Shown: positions 1 through 12,628 of the stretch, in pieces
Layout: the number at the start of each line of letters is the position of its first letter
How positions within the stretch are numbered: position 1 is the stretch's first letter
Assembly: GCA_038087875.1 (NCBI GenBank)
Contig: JAXLNO010000081.1
Location: 62,001 to 126,000 of the forward strand
Direction of reading: 5' to 3'
From: Malacoraja senta
Taxonomy: Eukaryota
DNA: 64,000 bases
Translations under genes and position numbers: made by a program
The notes under the pieces: model-generated
What the model was told of the DNA's origin: nothing
The model's database searches: none
Seen by the model: the letters and a program-made list of their open reading frames with translations, nothing else

Positions 1-480
1 TCATCTGTCCATCAGTGCTTTGTGGATTAAGTGAAGAATGTATTAAACTACATTATATTTAACGTAGCCTCCGTTCTTATCGTATCCACTTGACCCTCCT
101 GTGGGAGAAACAGACTGCTGTGAGGAGTATTTGATGACGATTTCAGAAATAAGCATTAACTCAGTCGTATACCGTTTATTTTGTAGCTAAGGTATCTTGG
201 TGTCTACCAATACCAGTACAGAAAAAAGTAGGCGATGACAAGTTATCGGATCGGGCCCAAACCATCACAACCTAAAAATACACCCCGAAGTCAGGGAAGG
301 CAGGATGCAAACTTACAGCAATTAGGTTTGGGGTGTATTTTGTTAACTTAAGTTCACCCCAAACCAAGAAGCATATGGTGGTTTTAGAAAGAGCGCAGAA
401 GATGTTGACCAGTATTATCCCAGAGTGGTGGGTACGATCTAGAGGTTAGAAAACATATCTAAACCGATCTAAACCGAAAT
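1..480. repeat. Complex module, alpha type (cut by window start)
   Basis: Near-identical to 2859-3340; contains 36-nt core 63-98 and the decayed CR1 segment. Confidence 0.9.
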
Positions 481-700
481 GCACTAAACTAAATTAAAAT
501 CCACTCAACTGCACACATCTCAACGCAACTCAGCGCAATTCACCAAAACTCAACTGCAGCAAACACGAATCAACTCACCTGCACTTAACTCAACTCTGCT
601 GCACCATACGCAACGCAGCTGCACTAAACTCATCTCCTGAACTGCACGAACATCATCAAAACTACACTTAACCCAACTCAACTGCACGAAACTCAACTCA

Positions 701-1237
701 GAGAAGATGCAATGACATCGATATGAATAAAGACTGGATAGACTCGGCTTGTACTCGCTAGCATTTAGAAGATTGTGGTGGGATCTTATAGAAACTTATA
801 ACATTCTTAAGGGTTTGGACAGGCTAGATGCAGGAAGATGATTCCCGATGCTGGGGAAGTCCAGAACAAGGGGGTCACAGTTTAAGGATAAGGGGGGAGT
901 CTTTTAGGACCGAGATGCGAAAATCATTTTTTACACAGAGAGTGGTGAATCTGTGGAATTCTCTTCCACAGAAAGTAGTTGCGGCCATATTGGCTATATT
1001 TAAGAGGGAGTTAGATGTGGCCCTTGTGGTTAAAGGGATCAGGGGGTATGGAGAGAAGGCAGGTACGGGATACTGAGTTGGATGATCAGCCATGATCATA
1101 TTGAATGGCGGTGCAGGCTCGAAGGGGCGAATGGCCTACTCCTCCACCTATTTTCTATGTATCTGTATATGAATGGCGGTGCAGGCTCGAAGGGCCGAAT
1201 GGCCTACTCCTGCACCTATTTCCTATGTTTCTATGTT
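701..1237 (+). mobile_element. CR1 (HER1-like) LINE 3' fragment with tandemly duplicated 3' tail
   Basis: ORF2 C-terminal motif GHSLRIRG..FFTQRVVNLWNSLP; tail gaatggcggtgcaggctcgaagg..ctatg occurs twice. Confidence 0.9.
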
Positions 1238-1395
1238 CTTGTCGTGTCCACTTGACCATCCTGTTGGAGAAACAGGTTAGCGTGAATAATATTGCATGAC
1301 ATGAATTCAGAAATGAACGTTTTAACTCAGTAATATACAGTTTACTTCGTAGCTAAGGAATCTTGGAGTCTACCTGAACCTGTGGAGAAAGAACG
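1238..1395. repeat. Internal fragment of the complex module
   Basis: ccacttgaccatcctg...gtagctaaggaatcttggagtctacc matches the module core. Confidence 0.85.
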
Positions 1396-1488
1396 AACTC
1401 AACTGCAGTACACTCTACTGCAATAAACAAATCAACTAAATTGCAACTAACTCAACTGTATTAAACTCAACTGCACGAATCTCAACTC

Positions 1489-1965
1489 AGAGAAGATGCA
1501 CTGACATCGATATGAATAAAGACTGGATAGACTCGGCTTGTACTCGCTAGAATTTAGAAGATTGAGGCGGGATCTTATAGAAACTTATAACATTCTTAAG
1601 GGTTTGGACAGGCTAGATGCAGGAAGATTATTCCCGATGTTGGGGAAGTCCAGAACAAGGGGTCACAGTTTAAGGATAAGGGCGAAGTCTTTTAGGACCG
1701 AGATGAGAAAATCATTTTTTACACAGAGAGTGGTGATTCTGTGGAATTCTCTGCCACAGAAGGTAGTTGAGGCCAGTTCATTCGCAATATTTAAGAGGGG
1801 GTTAGATGTGGCCCTTGTGGCTAAAGGGATCAGGGGGTATGGAGAGAAGGCAGGTACAGGATACGGAGTTGGATGATCAGCCATGATCATATTGAATGGC
1901 GGTGCAGGCTCGAAGGGCCGAATCGCCTACTCCTGCACCTATTTTCTACGGATCTATGTTTCTAT
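1489..1965 (+). mobile_element. CR1 LINE 3' fragment
   Basis: ORF 1538-1876 YSLEFRRLRRDLIETY..FFTQRVV; same 5' junction as the copies at 701 and 3559. Confidence 0.9.
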
Positions 1966-2687
1966 AATCTCAACTGCGGTAAACAGAAATAAACTCACAT
2001 TCACTTAACTCAACTCAGCTGCACCATGCGCAACGCAGCTGCACTCAACTCATCTCCTCAACTGCAAGAACATCAACAAAACTACACGTAACCCAACTCA
2101 ACTGCACTAAACCAACTGCACTAAACTCAACTCTGAATAACTGCACTAACATCAACACAACTGCATTAAACTACACTCAACTGCATTGAACTTGACTCAA
2201 GTCCACCATACTAAAATCAACTGCATTAAACCCAACTCACCTGCACTTAAACCATCCAAACTCAACTGCAGTACACTCTACTGCAATAAACAAATCAACT
2301 AAATTGCAACTAACTCAACTGTATTAAACTCAACTGCACGAATCTCAACGTAACTCAACTACATTAAACTCAACTCAACTACACTAAATTCAACTCAACT
2401 GCACAGAAAACTCAACTGCACTAACCTCAACCATTTGCATTCAACACAACTGCACTTAAAACTCAACAACATGAACTCAACTCTCTTTACTCAAATCAAC
2501 TCCACTGAACGCAACTCAACTCTACTAAACTCAACCCAATTGCATTCAACACAACTGCGCTAAACTCCTCAACTGCATGAGCGTAACTACATAAATCCAA
2601 CTCAACTCAATTGGATTAAACTCAACTGCACTAAACTCAGCTAAATTCAACGCAACTGAACTAAACTCAACTCATCACAAAAACAAC

Positions 2688-3340
2688 AGCCGCGTTGTTC
2701 CCTGGGATTCCTGCTTCATTCACTACCTTTTCCCTCCTTGTAAAGCCAACCGTGAGGGAATTCTGCTCCGCTCACTGATGGGGGCGCCATTGGCAGGTCG
2801 TCGTCTTGGATCATTAACCCTGGTCCTTTAGCCATCTGCGGTATTCTAACATTGACTGTCATCTGTCCATCAGTGCTTTGTGGATTAAGTGAAGAATGTA
2901 TTAAACTACATTATATTTAACGTAGCCTCCGTTCTTATCGTATCCACTTGACCCTCCTGTGGGAGAAACGGACTGCTCTGAGTAATATTTGATGACGATT
3001 TCAGAAATAAGCATTTACTCAGTCGTATACCGTTTATTTTGTAGCTAAGGAATCTTGGTGTCTACCAATACCAGTGGAGAAAAAAAGGATGCGATGACAA
3101 GTTATCGGATCGGGCCCAAACCTTCACAACCTAAAAATACACCCCGAAGTCAGGGAAGGCAGGATGCAAACTTACAGCAATTAGGTTTTGGGTGTATTTT
3201 GTTCACTTATGTTCACCCCCAACCAAGAAGCATATGGTGGTTTTAGAAAGAGCACAGAAGATGTTGACCAGTATTATCCCAGAGTGGTGGGTACGATCTA
3301 CAGGTTAGAAAACATATCTAAACCAATCTAAACCGAAATG
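2688..3340. repeat. Complex module, alpha type
   Basis: Full module; alpha markers ttgtaaagccaacc and ttgaccctcc; core at 2921-2956. Confidence 0.9.
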
Positions 3341-3558
3341 CACTAAACTAAATTAAAATCCACTCAACTGCACACATCTCAATGCAACTCAACACAATTC
3401 ACCACAACTCAACTGCAGCAAACACAAATCAACTCACCTGCACTTAACTCAACTCTGCTGCACCATACCCAACGCAGCTGCACTAAACTCATCTCCTGAA
3501 CTGCACGAACATCATCAAAACTATACTTAACCCAACTCAACTGCACGAAACTCAACTC

Positions 3559-4093
3559 AGAGAAGATGCACTGACATCGATATGAATAAAGACTGGATAG
3601 ACTCGGCTTGTACTCGCTAGAATTTAGAAGATTGAGGCGGGATCTTATAGAAACTTATAAAATTCTTAAGGGTTTGGACAGGCTAGATGCAGGAAGATTG
3701 TTCCCGATGCTGGGGAAGTCCAGAGCAAGGGGTCACAGTTTAAGGAAAAGGGGGAAGTCTTTTAGGACCGAGATGTGAAAATCATTATTTACACAGGGAG
3801 TGGTGAATCTGTGGAATTCTCTGTCACAGAAGGTAGTTGAGGCCATATTGGCTATATTTAAGAGGGAGTTAGATGTGGCCCTTGTGGCTAAAGGGATCAG
3901 GGGGTATGGAGAGAAGGCAGGTACGGGATACTGAGTTGGATGATCAGCCATGATCATATTGAATGGCGATGCAGGCTCGAAGGGCCGAATGGCCTACTCC
4001 TGCACCTATTTTCTATGTATCTATGTATGAATGGCGGTGCAGGCTCGAAGGGCCGAATGGCCTACTCCTCCACCTATTTCCTATGTTTCTATG
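3559..4093 (+). mobile_element. CR1 LINE 3' fragment with duplicated tail
   Basis: Paralogous to 701-1237. Confidence 0.9.
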
Positions 4094-4500
4094 GTTCTAT
4101 CGTATCCACGACCATCCTGTGGGAGAAACAGGTTAGCGTGAATAATATTGCATGACATGAATTCAGAAATGAACGTTTTAACTCATTCATATACAGTTTC
4201 CTTCGTTGCTAAGGAATCTTGGAGTCTACCGATACCTGTGGAGGAAGAACGATTTTGATGACAATTGATCGGATCGTGCCCAAACCTTCACAACCTAAAA
4301 ATACACCCCAAAGTCAGGGAAGGAGGGATGCAACCTTACAGCAATTTGGTTTGGGTGTATTCTGTTCAGTTATGTTCAACCTAATCTGAGAAAGTCATGG
4401 TTTTCGAAAGAGTGCAGAAGAGGTTGACCAGAATTATTCCCAGAGTGGTGGGTACGAGCTGTAGGTTAGTAAACTTAACTAAACCATTCTAAATTGAAAT
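4094..4500. repeat. Partial complex module (delta position)
   Basis: Second half of module; downstream satellite parallels the sequence after 42710. Confidence 0.8.
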
Positions 4501-6767
4501 TAAGTAATCTAAATTAACATCTACTCAACTGCACTATTCTCATCTCAACATAATTCACATAAACTCAACTGCGATAAACAGAAATAAACTCACCCGCACT
4601 TACCTTAACTCAGCTGCACCAAACGCCACGCAGCTGCACTAAATTTATCACCTCAACTGCACGAACATCAACAAAACTACACTTAACCCAACTCAACTGC
4701 ACTAAACCAACTGCACTAAACTCAACTCAGAGAAACTGCACTAACATCAACACAACGGCATCAAACTCCACTCAACTGCATTGAACTTCACTCAAGTGCA
4801 CCATACTAAATCAACTGCACTAAACCCAACTGAACTGCTCTTAAACCATCGCAACTCAACTGCATTACACTCAACTACAATAAACAAGGCAACGAAATTG
4901 CAACTAACTCAACTGTACGAAACTCAACTGCACTAATCGCAACGTAACTCACCTGCACTAAACTCAACTCTACTACACTAAACTCAATTCAACACAACTG
5001 TACTGAACTCAACTAAACTACGCTAAACTCAACTCAACTACACTAACCTCAACCATTTGCATTCAACTCAACTTCACTAAACTCAACTCAAGAAAATGAA
5101 CTCAAGTATCTTTACTCAAATCAACTCCACTGAACTCAACTCAACTGCACTAACCTAACCCCAATTGCCATCAATTCAACTGCGCTAAACTCAACTCAAC
5201 TGCATGAACGCAAATACATTAAATTCAACTCAACTCAATTGGACTAAACTCAACTCAACTGCACTAAACTCAGCTAAATTCAACTCAACTGTACAAAACT
5301 CAACTCATCACAACAAAATCAGCCGTATTGATACTACACTCATCGCAACTCAACACAATCCACCTCAACTCAACTCCAGTAAACACAAATCAACTCATCT
5401 GCACTTAACTCAACTCAGCTGCACAAAAGCAACTGCACTAAATAGAAACTGCACTAACATCAACACAACTGCATTAAACTCCACTCAACTGCATCGAACT
5501 TGACTCAAGTGCACCATACCAAAATCAACTGCACTAAACGCAACTGCACTTAAATCATCGCAACTCAACTGCAGTACCCTCAACTCAACAGCAATATTCA
5601 AGTCAACTAAATCGTACCTAACTCAACAGTAATAACCTCAACCGCACTAACCTCAACCGCACTAACCTAAACTCCAAAACTGCACTAAACTCAACAACTG
5701 CATTCAACTCAACACAACTGCATTCATCTCAGCTCCACTAGACTAAACTCAACTCAACTGCATTATATTCAACTGAACTACATCAACAGCCTAAACTCGA
5801 ATAGAATAAACCCAACTGCACCAAACTCAACACAAATCAACTGCACGAAACTCAACTGCACTCAACACAACTGCATTTACCTGAACACAACTTATCTGCA
5901 TTCAACTTAACCCAACTGCATTAAACTCAACTGCACTTAATTCAACTACACTAAACTCAATGCATCTGCAATAAACTTAACTCAATTGCATTAACCTCGT
6001 CACACCACTCAATTTCTCAACTACACTAAACTCAACTTTACTAAATTTAACACCACTGAACTCAACTGCATTTAACGCAACACAACTGCACTCAACTCAC
6101 CTACATGCAATTCAAATTCACTGAAATCTACTGCACTATACTCAACTCAACTGATCTACGCTAAACCCAACCCCACTTCATTCAACTCAAACGCATGAAT
6201 AAACACATCTCAGCGGCACTAAGCTCAACACAGCTTAACAGCCCTCAAGTCAGCTCCTCAACTGCGCTAACTTCAACACAACTACACTCAATTCCGCTTA
6301 ATCCAAGAGCACCATACTCAACTGAAATCAATTGCACGAACTTCGACCAACTGCACTAAACTCAACCCAACTGCACGAAACTCAACCCAACTGCACCAAA
6401 CTCAACCCAACTGCACCAAACTCAACCCAACTGCACCAAACTCAACCCAACTGCACCAAACTCAACCCAACTGCACCAAACTCAACCCAACTGCACCAAA
6501 CGCAACCCAACTGCACCAAACGCAACCCAACTGCACCAAACGCAACCCAACTGCACCAAACTCAACCCAGCTCCACTATAATCACCTTCACAAACCTCAA
6601 CTCAAGTCCACTGAATTAAACTACACGGAACTGCACCAAATTCAAATCCACTGAACTCAACTCAACAGCATTAAGCTCAACACAACAGCATACAACTCCA
6701 CTGCATTAAACTCGACTCAACATGATTTAACTCAACTGAACTTATGTTAACTCAAGTGCACTAAACC
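4501..6767. repeat. Degenerate pentamer satellite (AACTC/AACTG/CACTA), representative tract; 20-mer array at about 6340-6570
   Basis: A/C-rich, G-poor; recurring aactcaactgcacta; local array of ctcaacccaactgcaccaaa. The same satellite fills all non-module, non-TE space in the window. Confidence 0.95.
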
Positions 6768-6960
6768 GACTTCCGGTGGCGTCATGTTAGACTAACAGAC
6801 GTGCACCCAGCTCCTCTCCCGAAAAACTTCACGATTTATCGTGTAAAACGGGTCCGAAAATCGGGATTGTTTTTAAAAACCTTACCGGAGCTTCTGGTTA
6901 CCGCGCTGATGACGTCATCGTTAAACGCGATGTTTTAAACGGTGGTTTGAAGCCCTTTAA
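6768..6960 (+). promoter_or_regulatory. L1 5' UTR / putative internal promoter
   Basis: CpG-rich; ETS-like ACTTCCGG 6769-6776; palindrome GATGACGTCATC 6908-6919 containing CRE TGACGTCA. Confidence 0.5.
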
Positions 6961-8031
6961 ATGAGTAAATTGACTCCAGCTGTGAGCCCTCAGAGAGCTG
7001 TGAATAAACTGTCGAAACAGTTCGAAACTGAAGTTACCTCTGAAGTCTCTGAAGTGGCTGCAGAAATGGATACAAGATCTAAGAAAGACTTTGATGACTT
7101 GAAAAAATCAATGAAAAATTTGAAAGATGAGATCTCGGATAATAGGGTGGAAGATAAGAAGGAAATGAAGGAAAATTCGGCAAAAATGATGGAAGGAATG
7201 CAGAAGATGATGAAGGATTTAAATGCTGGTAACCAGAAGAATATGACGGATTTACTGGACACTATGAATAAACGAATTGATGAGGTGAAAGATGGACTAT
7301 CAGAGAAAATGGATAAGATGGATGTAATTACTACGGATAAGTTCACGGCTGTACTTGAAACAGTAGCTGCAAGTATGCAGACAATTACGGAATTGGAGAA
7401 AAATACGGCACGACTGGTTGAAGACATGGCGAAATTGAGGCAAGAACATGAGCAAATGAGGCGAGAAAACGAACAAGCATCACTACAAATGGGGACTCAA
7501 TTAGAGAAAGTCTCATTCAAATGCCTGGACCTGGAAGCTCGTTCTAGACGCCAGAATCTGAGGATTCTTGGTGTTTCAGAGGGGGCAGAAGGGGAACAGG
7601 TACGTGAATTTGCCATGGGCTTGTTGAAACAACTGTTGAATCTTCCCAAGGAACCGAAAATCGAAGTGGCTCATCGTGTCCCAAGATTTGGAAAAAGATT
7701 TGATGCGGGAAAAGCTTATCCACGACATATTATAGTGAAATTTCGAGACACTGCAGAACTGGAATATGTTATGACAAAAATCAAATATGGTGTACAATTA
7801 CGGCTGGACAAAGACACTATTAAGATATTCAGGGACTACCCACATGAAATTGTGCAAAAAAGAAACAAATTTGATAAGGTTAAAGATCTTTTAAGAGGGA
7901 GAGAAGGGGTCAGATTCGGGGTTTTTTATCCCGCTAAAATGCGTATTTCTTTTAATGGTCTTGAAAAGTCATTTGTTAAGCCTGAAGACGCTTTCAAATA
8001 TGCCCAAACGATTGTTGAAAGACAGAAATAA
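6961..8031 (+). CDS. L1 ORF1 protein (coiled coil, RRM, CTD)
   Basis: 356 aa; DLEARSRRQNLRILGV, AHR, PRHIIVKF, YPAKMRI motifs typical of L1 ORF1p. Confidence 0.92.
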   Translation: MSKLTPAVSPQRAVNKLSKQFETEVTSEVSEVAAEMDTRSKKDFDDLKKSMKNLKDEISDNRVEDKKEMKENSAKMMEGMQKMMKDLNAGNQKNMTDLLDTMNKRIDEVKDGLSEKMDKMDVITTDKFTAVLETVAASMQTITELEKNTARLVEDMAKLRQEHEQMRRENEQASLQMGTQLEKVSFKCLDLEARSRRQNLRILGVSEGAEGEQVREFAMGLLKQLLNLPKEPKIEVAHRVPRFGKRFDAGKAYPRHIIVKFRDTAELEYVMTKIKYGVQLRLDKDTIKIFRDYPHEIVQKRNKFDKVKDLLRGREGVRFGVFYPAKMRISFNGLEKSFVKPEDAFKYAQTIVERQK

Positions 8032-8836
8032 AAGGGAGCTTTGGCAGATCCGAATAATTCTCAGCTATGTTTTGTCTGGGGATAGTTACATTGTTATCTC
8101 CGGAATGTTGAAGCAAGGACATTTTCTGTTCAAAACGTGTAAACAACTTTATAACGGGATATGAATTAGAAAATAATTGCTTATTGATTAAAATGTTATA
8201 ACCAATTGTAAGAACTTATCCTATTAACAACTTTAAAAGTTATGCAGGTTAGATTAGAATACTAACAAAAAAAACAAAAAAATAATGAACTAACATACTA
8301 ATATGAATTTTTAATAAATTGTAACCTTGTCTATAAGCGGGAGGAGGGGATGAGAAACGAGCTCCTGGCTTATGTCCAGGAGCACGTCTCGTTAACCCCT
8401 TCAACCAACAGCTGATTCTTATTGAAATCAAAAATATTGGTTTAATAATTAAACTCTGATATATATATATGTTATAAGGAAATATCAGGGTAAAATTGTA
8501 TTATATATATGAATGTGAGGCCTCGTTTTAATATTTTAATATGTTATGATTAACTAAGAGAGCGGAGCGAGTTGAGCAACAACGCAATGGAAGTCAAAAT
8601 AAGGTTTTTTCCCACCTACAGGTGGGTCACTTGCTACAGTGCCGACTATAGACACTGTAGCCTCACTTTTTTAGTTTTTTTTTTATTACATAAAATCACT
8701 TGTTTGTGTTTTGTGTTTAGTGATAAGAATAATATGGACATACCAACAAAAGTTAATAATTCAAAAACTCCCCCAATACCTAAAGACCTGGGATATGGAC
8801 GCACCACAAGATTCAAAGGTACTATAATTATTCAAA

Positions 8837-11800
8837 ATGCATGACACCACACAAAAGAACCTAGGAGGAGTCTCATTTTGTAGTTGGAATATAAGAGGTA
8901 TTAATGAACCTATCAAAAGGGGTAAGATATTAGCTCAGCTAAAAATGTATAATTCTGACATTACCTTCCTACAAGAAACACACCTAAAACCTCAGGACCA
9001 AGTTAGGCTGAGGGCGAAATGGATAGGTCAAACATACCACTCTTCATTCACTTCAAAATCTAGAGGCACGTCAATTATCATAAGAAAAGGTATACCATTT
9101 AAAGCAAAGAATATTATAACAGATATAGAAGGGAGATACCTAATAGTTAATGGAGAAATCCATGACACTCCACTTACTTTGGTAAATATATATGCCCCTA
9201 ACTTTGATAACCCCCACTTTTTCAATAAAATCTTCAATATAATTGCAGAGTCAAACTATCAAAATGTTATAATAGGCGGAGACTTTAACTGTGTTTTAGA
9301 CCCGTACTTAGATAAATCAAGTCAAAAACAGAGAGGGAATATGAAATCGAAAACTGGGGAACTCCTCAATACCTACATAAACAACACTAATATAGCAGAT
9401 GTTTGGAGAATTGTGAATCCAACTGGCAGGGAATATTCGTTTTACTCAATGGTACATAAGACATACTCACGTATAGACTACTTTCTGCTGGATACAAAAT
9501 TAATCCCCCAAACATCTAATGCAATATATCATACAAATTCAATTTCAGACCATTCTCCACTAACTTTCTTTTTAAAACTGGAAGGATTGTCTAAGAATAA
9601 TTCATTCTGGAGATTTAACTCTCAAATTTTAAAAGATCCACAAGCGAGTATATATTTAAAAGAACAAATGGAGGTCTTTTTTCAAACAAATGATACTTCA
9701 GATATATCGCCTACTTTACTTTGGGAATCTTTTAAAGCATACATTAGGGGTATTATAATTTCATATCAAGCTTTTCAAAATAAAAAGAATAAGAATGAAC
9801 AAAGACAGTTAGAAGAACTTATTAGACAAATGGATATAGATAATGCTAAAGATCCATCAATAGATAAACATAATAAAATAATAATTTTAAAATTTAAATT
9901 AAATAAATTATTATCTGCCAAACTTATAAGACTTTTTCAAATTACAAAACAAGAGCACTTTGAATTTGGGGATAAACCGCATAAACTTTTGGCTCGCCAG
10001 CTAAAAAAACGAGAAAAGGAACATACTATACCAAAGATCAAATCAGATAAAGGGGAATTATTAACAACACCGAAGGATATTAATAAAAGATTTGCGCAAT
10101 TTTACGAGAATTTGTATACATCTAAAACGATAATTGTTTCCAATAATATCACAAAGTTCTTGGATACCTGTAATCTTCCAAAGTTAGAGCTGAAGGAACA
10201 AGAGGAACTGGGTGCACAAATCTCAATTAAGGAATTAGAAGATACAATAAACTCACTAAAAAATGGAAAAACACCAGGCCCTGATGGATTTACTAATGAA
10301 TTTTATAAAAACTTTTATGATAAAATAATACCAAGATTACAAAAAATGTACCAATACGCTTTTAAAAAACGAATACTACCTGATACATTAGCGGAATCAA
10401 CGATTACATTAATACCTAAGAAAAATAAGGATTTAGAAGAACCTGGCTCATATAGAGCTATAGCATTGTTAAACACAGATCAAAAAATATTAGCGAAAAC
10501 ATTAGCCAGAAGATTAAGTAAATACATTAGTAAATTAATAAACCCAGATCAGACAGGGTTTATCCCTAAGAGATACTCTTCTAATAATATGAGACGTCTA
10601 CTCAACATAATGCACTCACACAAATCTGAAGATCAAGAATTATCAATTATTTCGCTGGATGCTGAAAAAGCATTTGATCAAGTAGAATGGAATTATATGG
10701 ATAAAGTATTACAAAAATTTCAACTGGGAGAGAATTTTATTTTATGGATTAAGTTACTATATAACAAACCTACAGCTAGAATACTTACTAATAACATATT
10801 ATCCTCGAAATTTCAACTATCAACGGGAAATAGACAAGGATGCTCATTATCACCACAGCTGTTTGCTCTCATTATTGAACCGCTAGCAGAAAAAAATAGA
10901 ATACACCCTGATATTCATGGATATAATACTAAAGACTCATATAATAAAATATCTTTATACGCGGATGATATATTATTGTATATTACAAAACCTCAAATCA
11001 CTATACCAAATATATTAAATTTAATTGAAGACTTCGGATCTTTTTCTGGATATAGAATAAATTGGAATAAAAGTGAAATTATGTCAATAAAACCGAAAGA
11101 TTCAACACATCTTTTAAAATTCCCTTTTAAAATAGCTACAGAAAAATTTAAATATTTGGGAATCGAAATTACCAGAGCATATCAAGGTATGCTCAGGGCA
11201 AATTTTGACCCCCTACTTAATAAACTGAATACATTAATTAAATTCTGGAAAACGCTTCCGATGTCTTTAATAGGCCGAATAAACGCAATAAAAATGATCT
11301 TTTTACCACAAATTTTATACCTATTTCAATCAATTCCTATATACTTACCTAAGAAGTTTTTTAAAAAACTCGACTCAGATATCACTAATTTTATATGGGA
11401 CTATAAATCACATAGAATACAAAAAACCCATCTGAATAAATCTAAAGTATTGGGGGGTCTAGCACTACCCAATTTTATGTATTATTATTGGTCAGTAAAT
11501 ATTAAAAACATGATTCAACTGATGGATAACTCCGCCCAGCAAGTAGACTGGATTGTAATGGAGAAAGAGGATTGCTCCTCTAGAAACATTGGAGCGATCC
11601 TCCTCTCTCCAATGAAATTGAATAACATAAACTATAATAAGAACCCAATTATTCATAGTACAATCCGTATTTGGAAACAAATAAAACAAAATTTAAAATT
11701 AAGAAACTTATCACTTTTATTACCTATAGTCAATAACCCTTCGTTTAGTCCTTCTATTATAGATAAAGCTTATACACAATGGGATAGACTAGGAATTAAA

Positions 11801-12628
11801 ACGCTTGGTGACTTGTATGAAACTGGAAAATTACTTTCATTTCAACAATTACAAATAAAATATAAACTCGGAAATAATCAATATTTTAAATACTTTCAAA
11901 TATGCGACTATTTGAAAAAATATATAAAAGATCATCATAATAACCCAGCAGATGTACTGGACGAGGCAATGCAGATAAAAGCGGAATCAGCAAACTTAAT
12001 ATCATATTTGTACAATATTATCTTAAATGTACAAATACCATCTACGGAGGGTATCAGAAGAGACTGGGAACAAGAGTTAGCTATTAAAATTTCAAAGGAA
12101 AGTTGGAATGAATACTTATTAAAAGTACATAAATGCTCGATTAATGTAAGACACACTTTAATACAATTTAAAATTTTACATAGATTATATTATTCGAAAA
12201 CTAAAATTCATAAAATTTTCCCAAACGTATCATCTATTTGTGATAAATGTCAATCCCAAGAAGCAACTATAGCGCACTCATTTGTCTTCTGTACAAAAAT
12301 TCAAAAATTTTGGAATGAAATTTTTGAAATCTTTACAAAGTTATTTAAAACAAGACTGATACCCAAAGCAGAATGGATTATCTTCGGAATAACGGAAGAT
12401 GATCCAGAACTAAATGTGTTTCAAAAGAAATTAATGGATTATGGGTTAATAACTGGAAAAAAGCTAATTCTAAAATTTTGGAAGAAGGCTCCAATACCAA
12501 CTATAAATATGTGGATTTCAAATATGTTTGAAACACTACACCTTGAAGAGATAAGACTCCTCCTAGCAGGTAAACCAGATCACTTCCACCTGACGTGGTC
12601 TGCATTTATAGAATTATTACAAACATAG
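8837..12628 (+). CDS. L1 ORF2 protein (APE endonuclease, reverse transcriptase, Cys-rich domain)
   Basis: 1263 aa uninterrupted; SWNIRG, LQETH, GGDFN, SRIDY, SDHSP; DAEKAFD, RQGC, YADD; CDKC..H..C. Confidence 0.96.
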   Translation: MHDTTQKNLGGVSFCSWNIRGINEPIKRGKILAQLKMYNSDITFLQETHLKPQDQVRLRAKWIGQTYHSSFTSKSRGTSIIIRKGIPFKAKNIITDIEGRYLIVNGEIHDTPLTLVNIYAPNFDNPHFFNKIFNIIAESNYQNVIIGGDFNCVLDPYLDKSSQKQRGNMKSKTGELLNTYINNTNIADVWRIVNPTGREYSFYSMVHKTYSRIDYFLLDTKLIPQTSNAIYHTNSISDHSPLTFFLKLEGLSKNNSFWRFNSQILKDPQASIYLKEQMEVFFQTNDTSDISPTLLWESFKAYIRGIIISYQAFQNKKNKNEQRQLEELIRQMDIDNAKDPSIDKHNKIIILKFKLNKLLSAKLIRLFQITKQEHFEFGDKPHKLLARQLKKREKEHTIPKIKSDKGELLTTPKDINKRFAQFYENLYTSKTIIVSNNITKFLDTCNLPKLELKEQEELGAQISIKELEDTINSLKNGKTPGPDGFTNEFYKNFYDKIIPRLQKMYQYAFKKRILPDTLAESTITLIPKKNKDLEEPGSYRAIALLNTDQKILAKTLARRLSKYISKLINPDQTGFIPKRYSSNNMRRLLNIMHSHKSEDQELSIISLDAEKAFDQVEWNYMDKVLQKFQLGENFILWIKLLYNKPTARILTNNILSSKFQLSTGNRQGCSLSPQLFALIIEPLAEKNRIHPDIHGYNTKDSYNKISLYADDILLYITKPQITIPNILNLIEDFGSFSGYRINWNKSEIMSIKPKDSTHLLKFPFKIATEKFKYLGIEITRAYQGMLRANFDPLLNKLNTLIKFWKTLPMSLIGRINAIKMIFLPQILYLFQSIPIYLPKKFFKKLDSDITNFIWDYKSHRIQKTHLNKSKVLGGLALPNFMYYYWSVNIKNMIQLMDNSAQQVDWIVMEKEDCSSRNIGAILLSPMKLNNINYNKNPIIHSTIRIWKQIKQNLKLRNLSLLLPIVNNPSFSPSIIDKAYTQWDRLGIKTLGDLYETGKLLSFQQLQIKYKLGNNQYFKYFQICDYLKKYIKDHHNNPADVLDEAMQIKAESANLISYLYNIILNVQIPSTEGIRRDWEQELAIKISKESWNEYLLKVHKCSINVRHTLIQFKILHRLYYSKTKIHKIFPNVSSICDKCQSQEATIAHSFVFCTKIQKFWNEIFEIFTKLFKTRLIPKAEWIIFGITEDDPELNVFQKKLMDYGLITGKKLILKFWKKAPIPTINMWISNMFETLHLEEIRLLLAGKPDHFHLTWSAFIELLQT

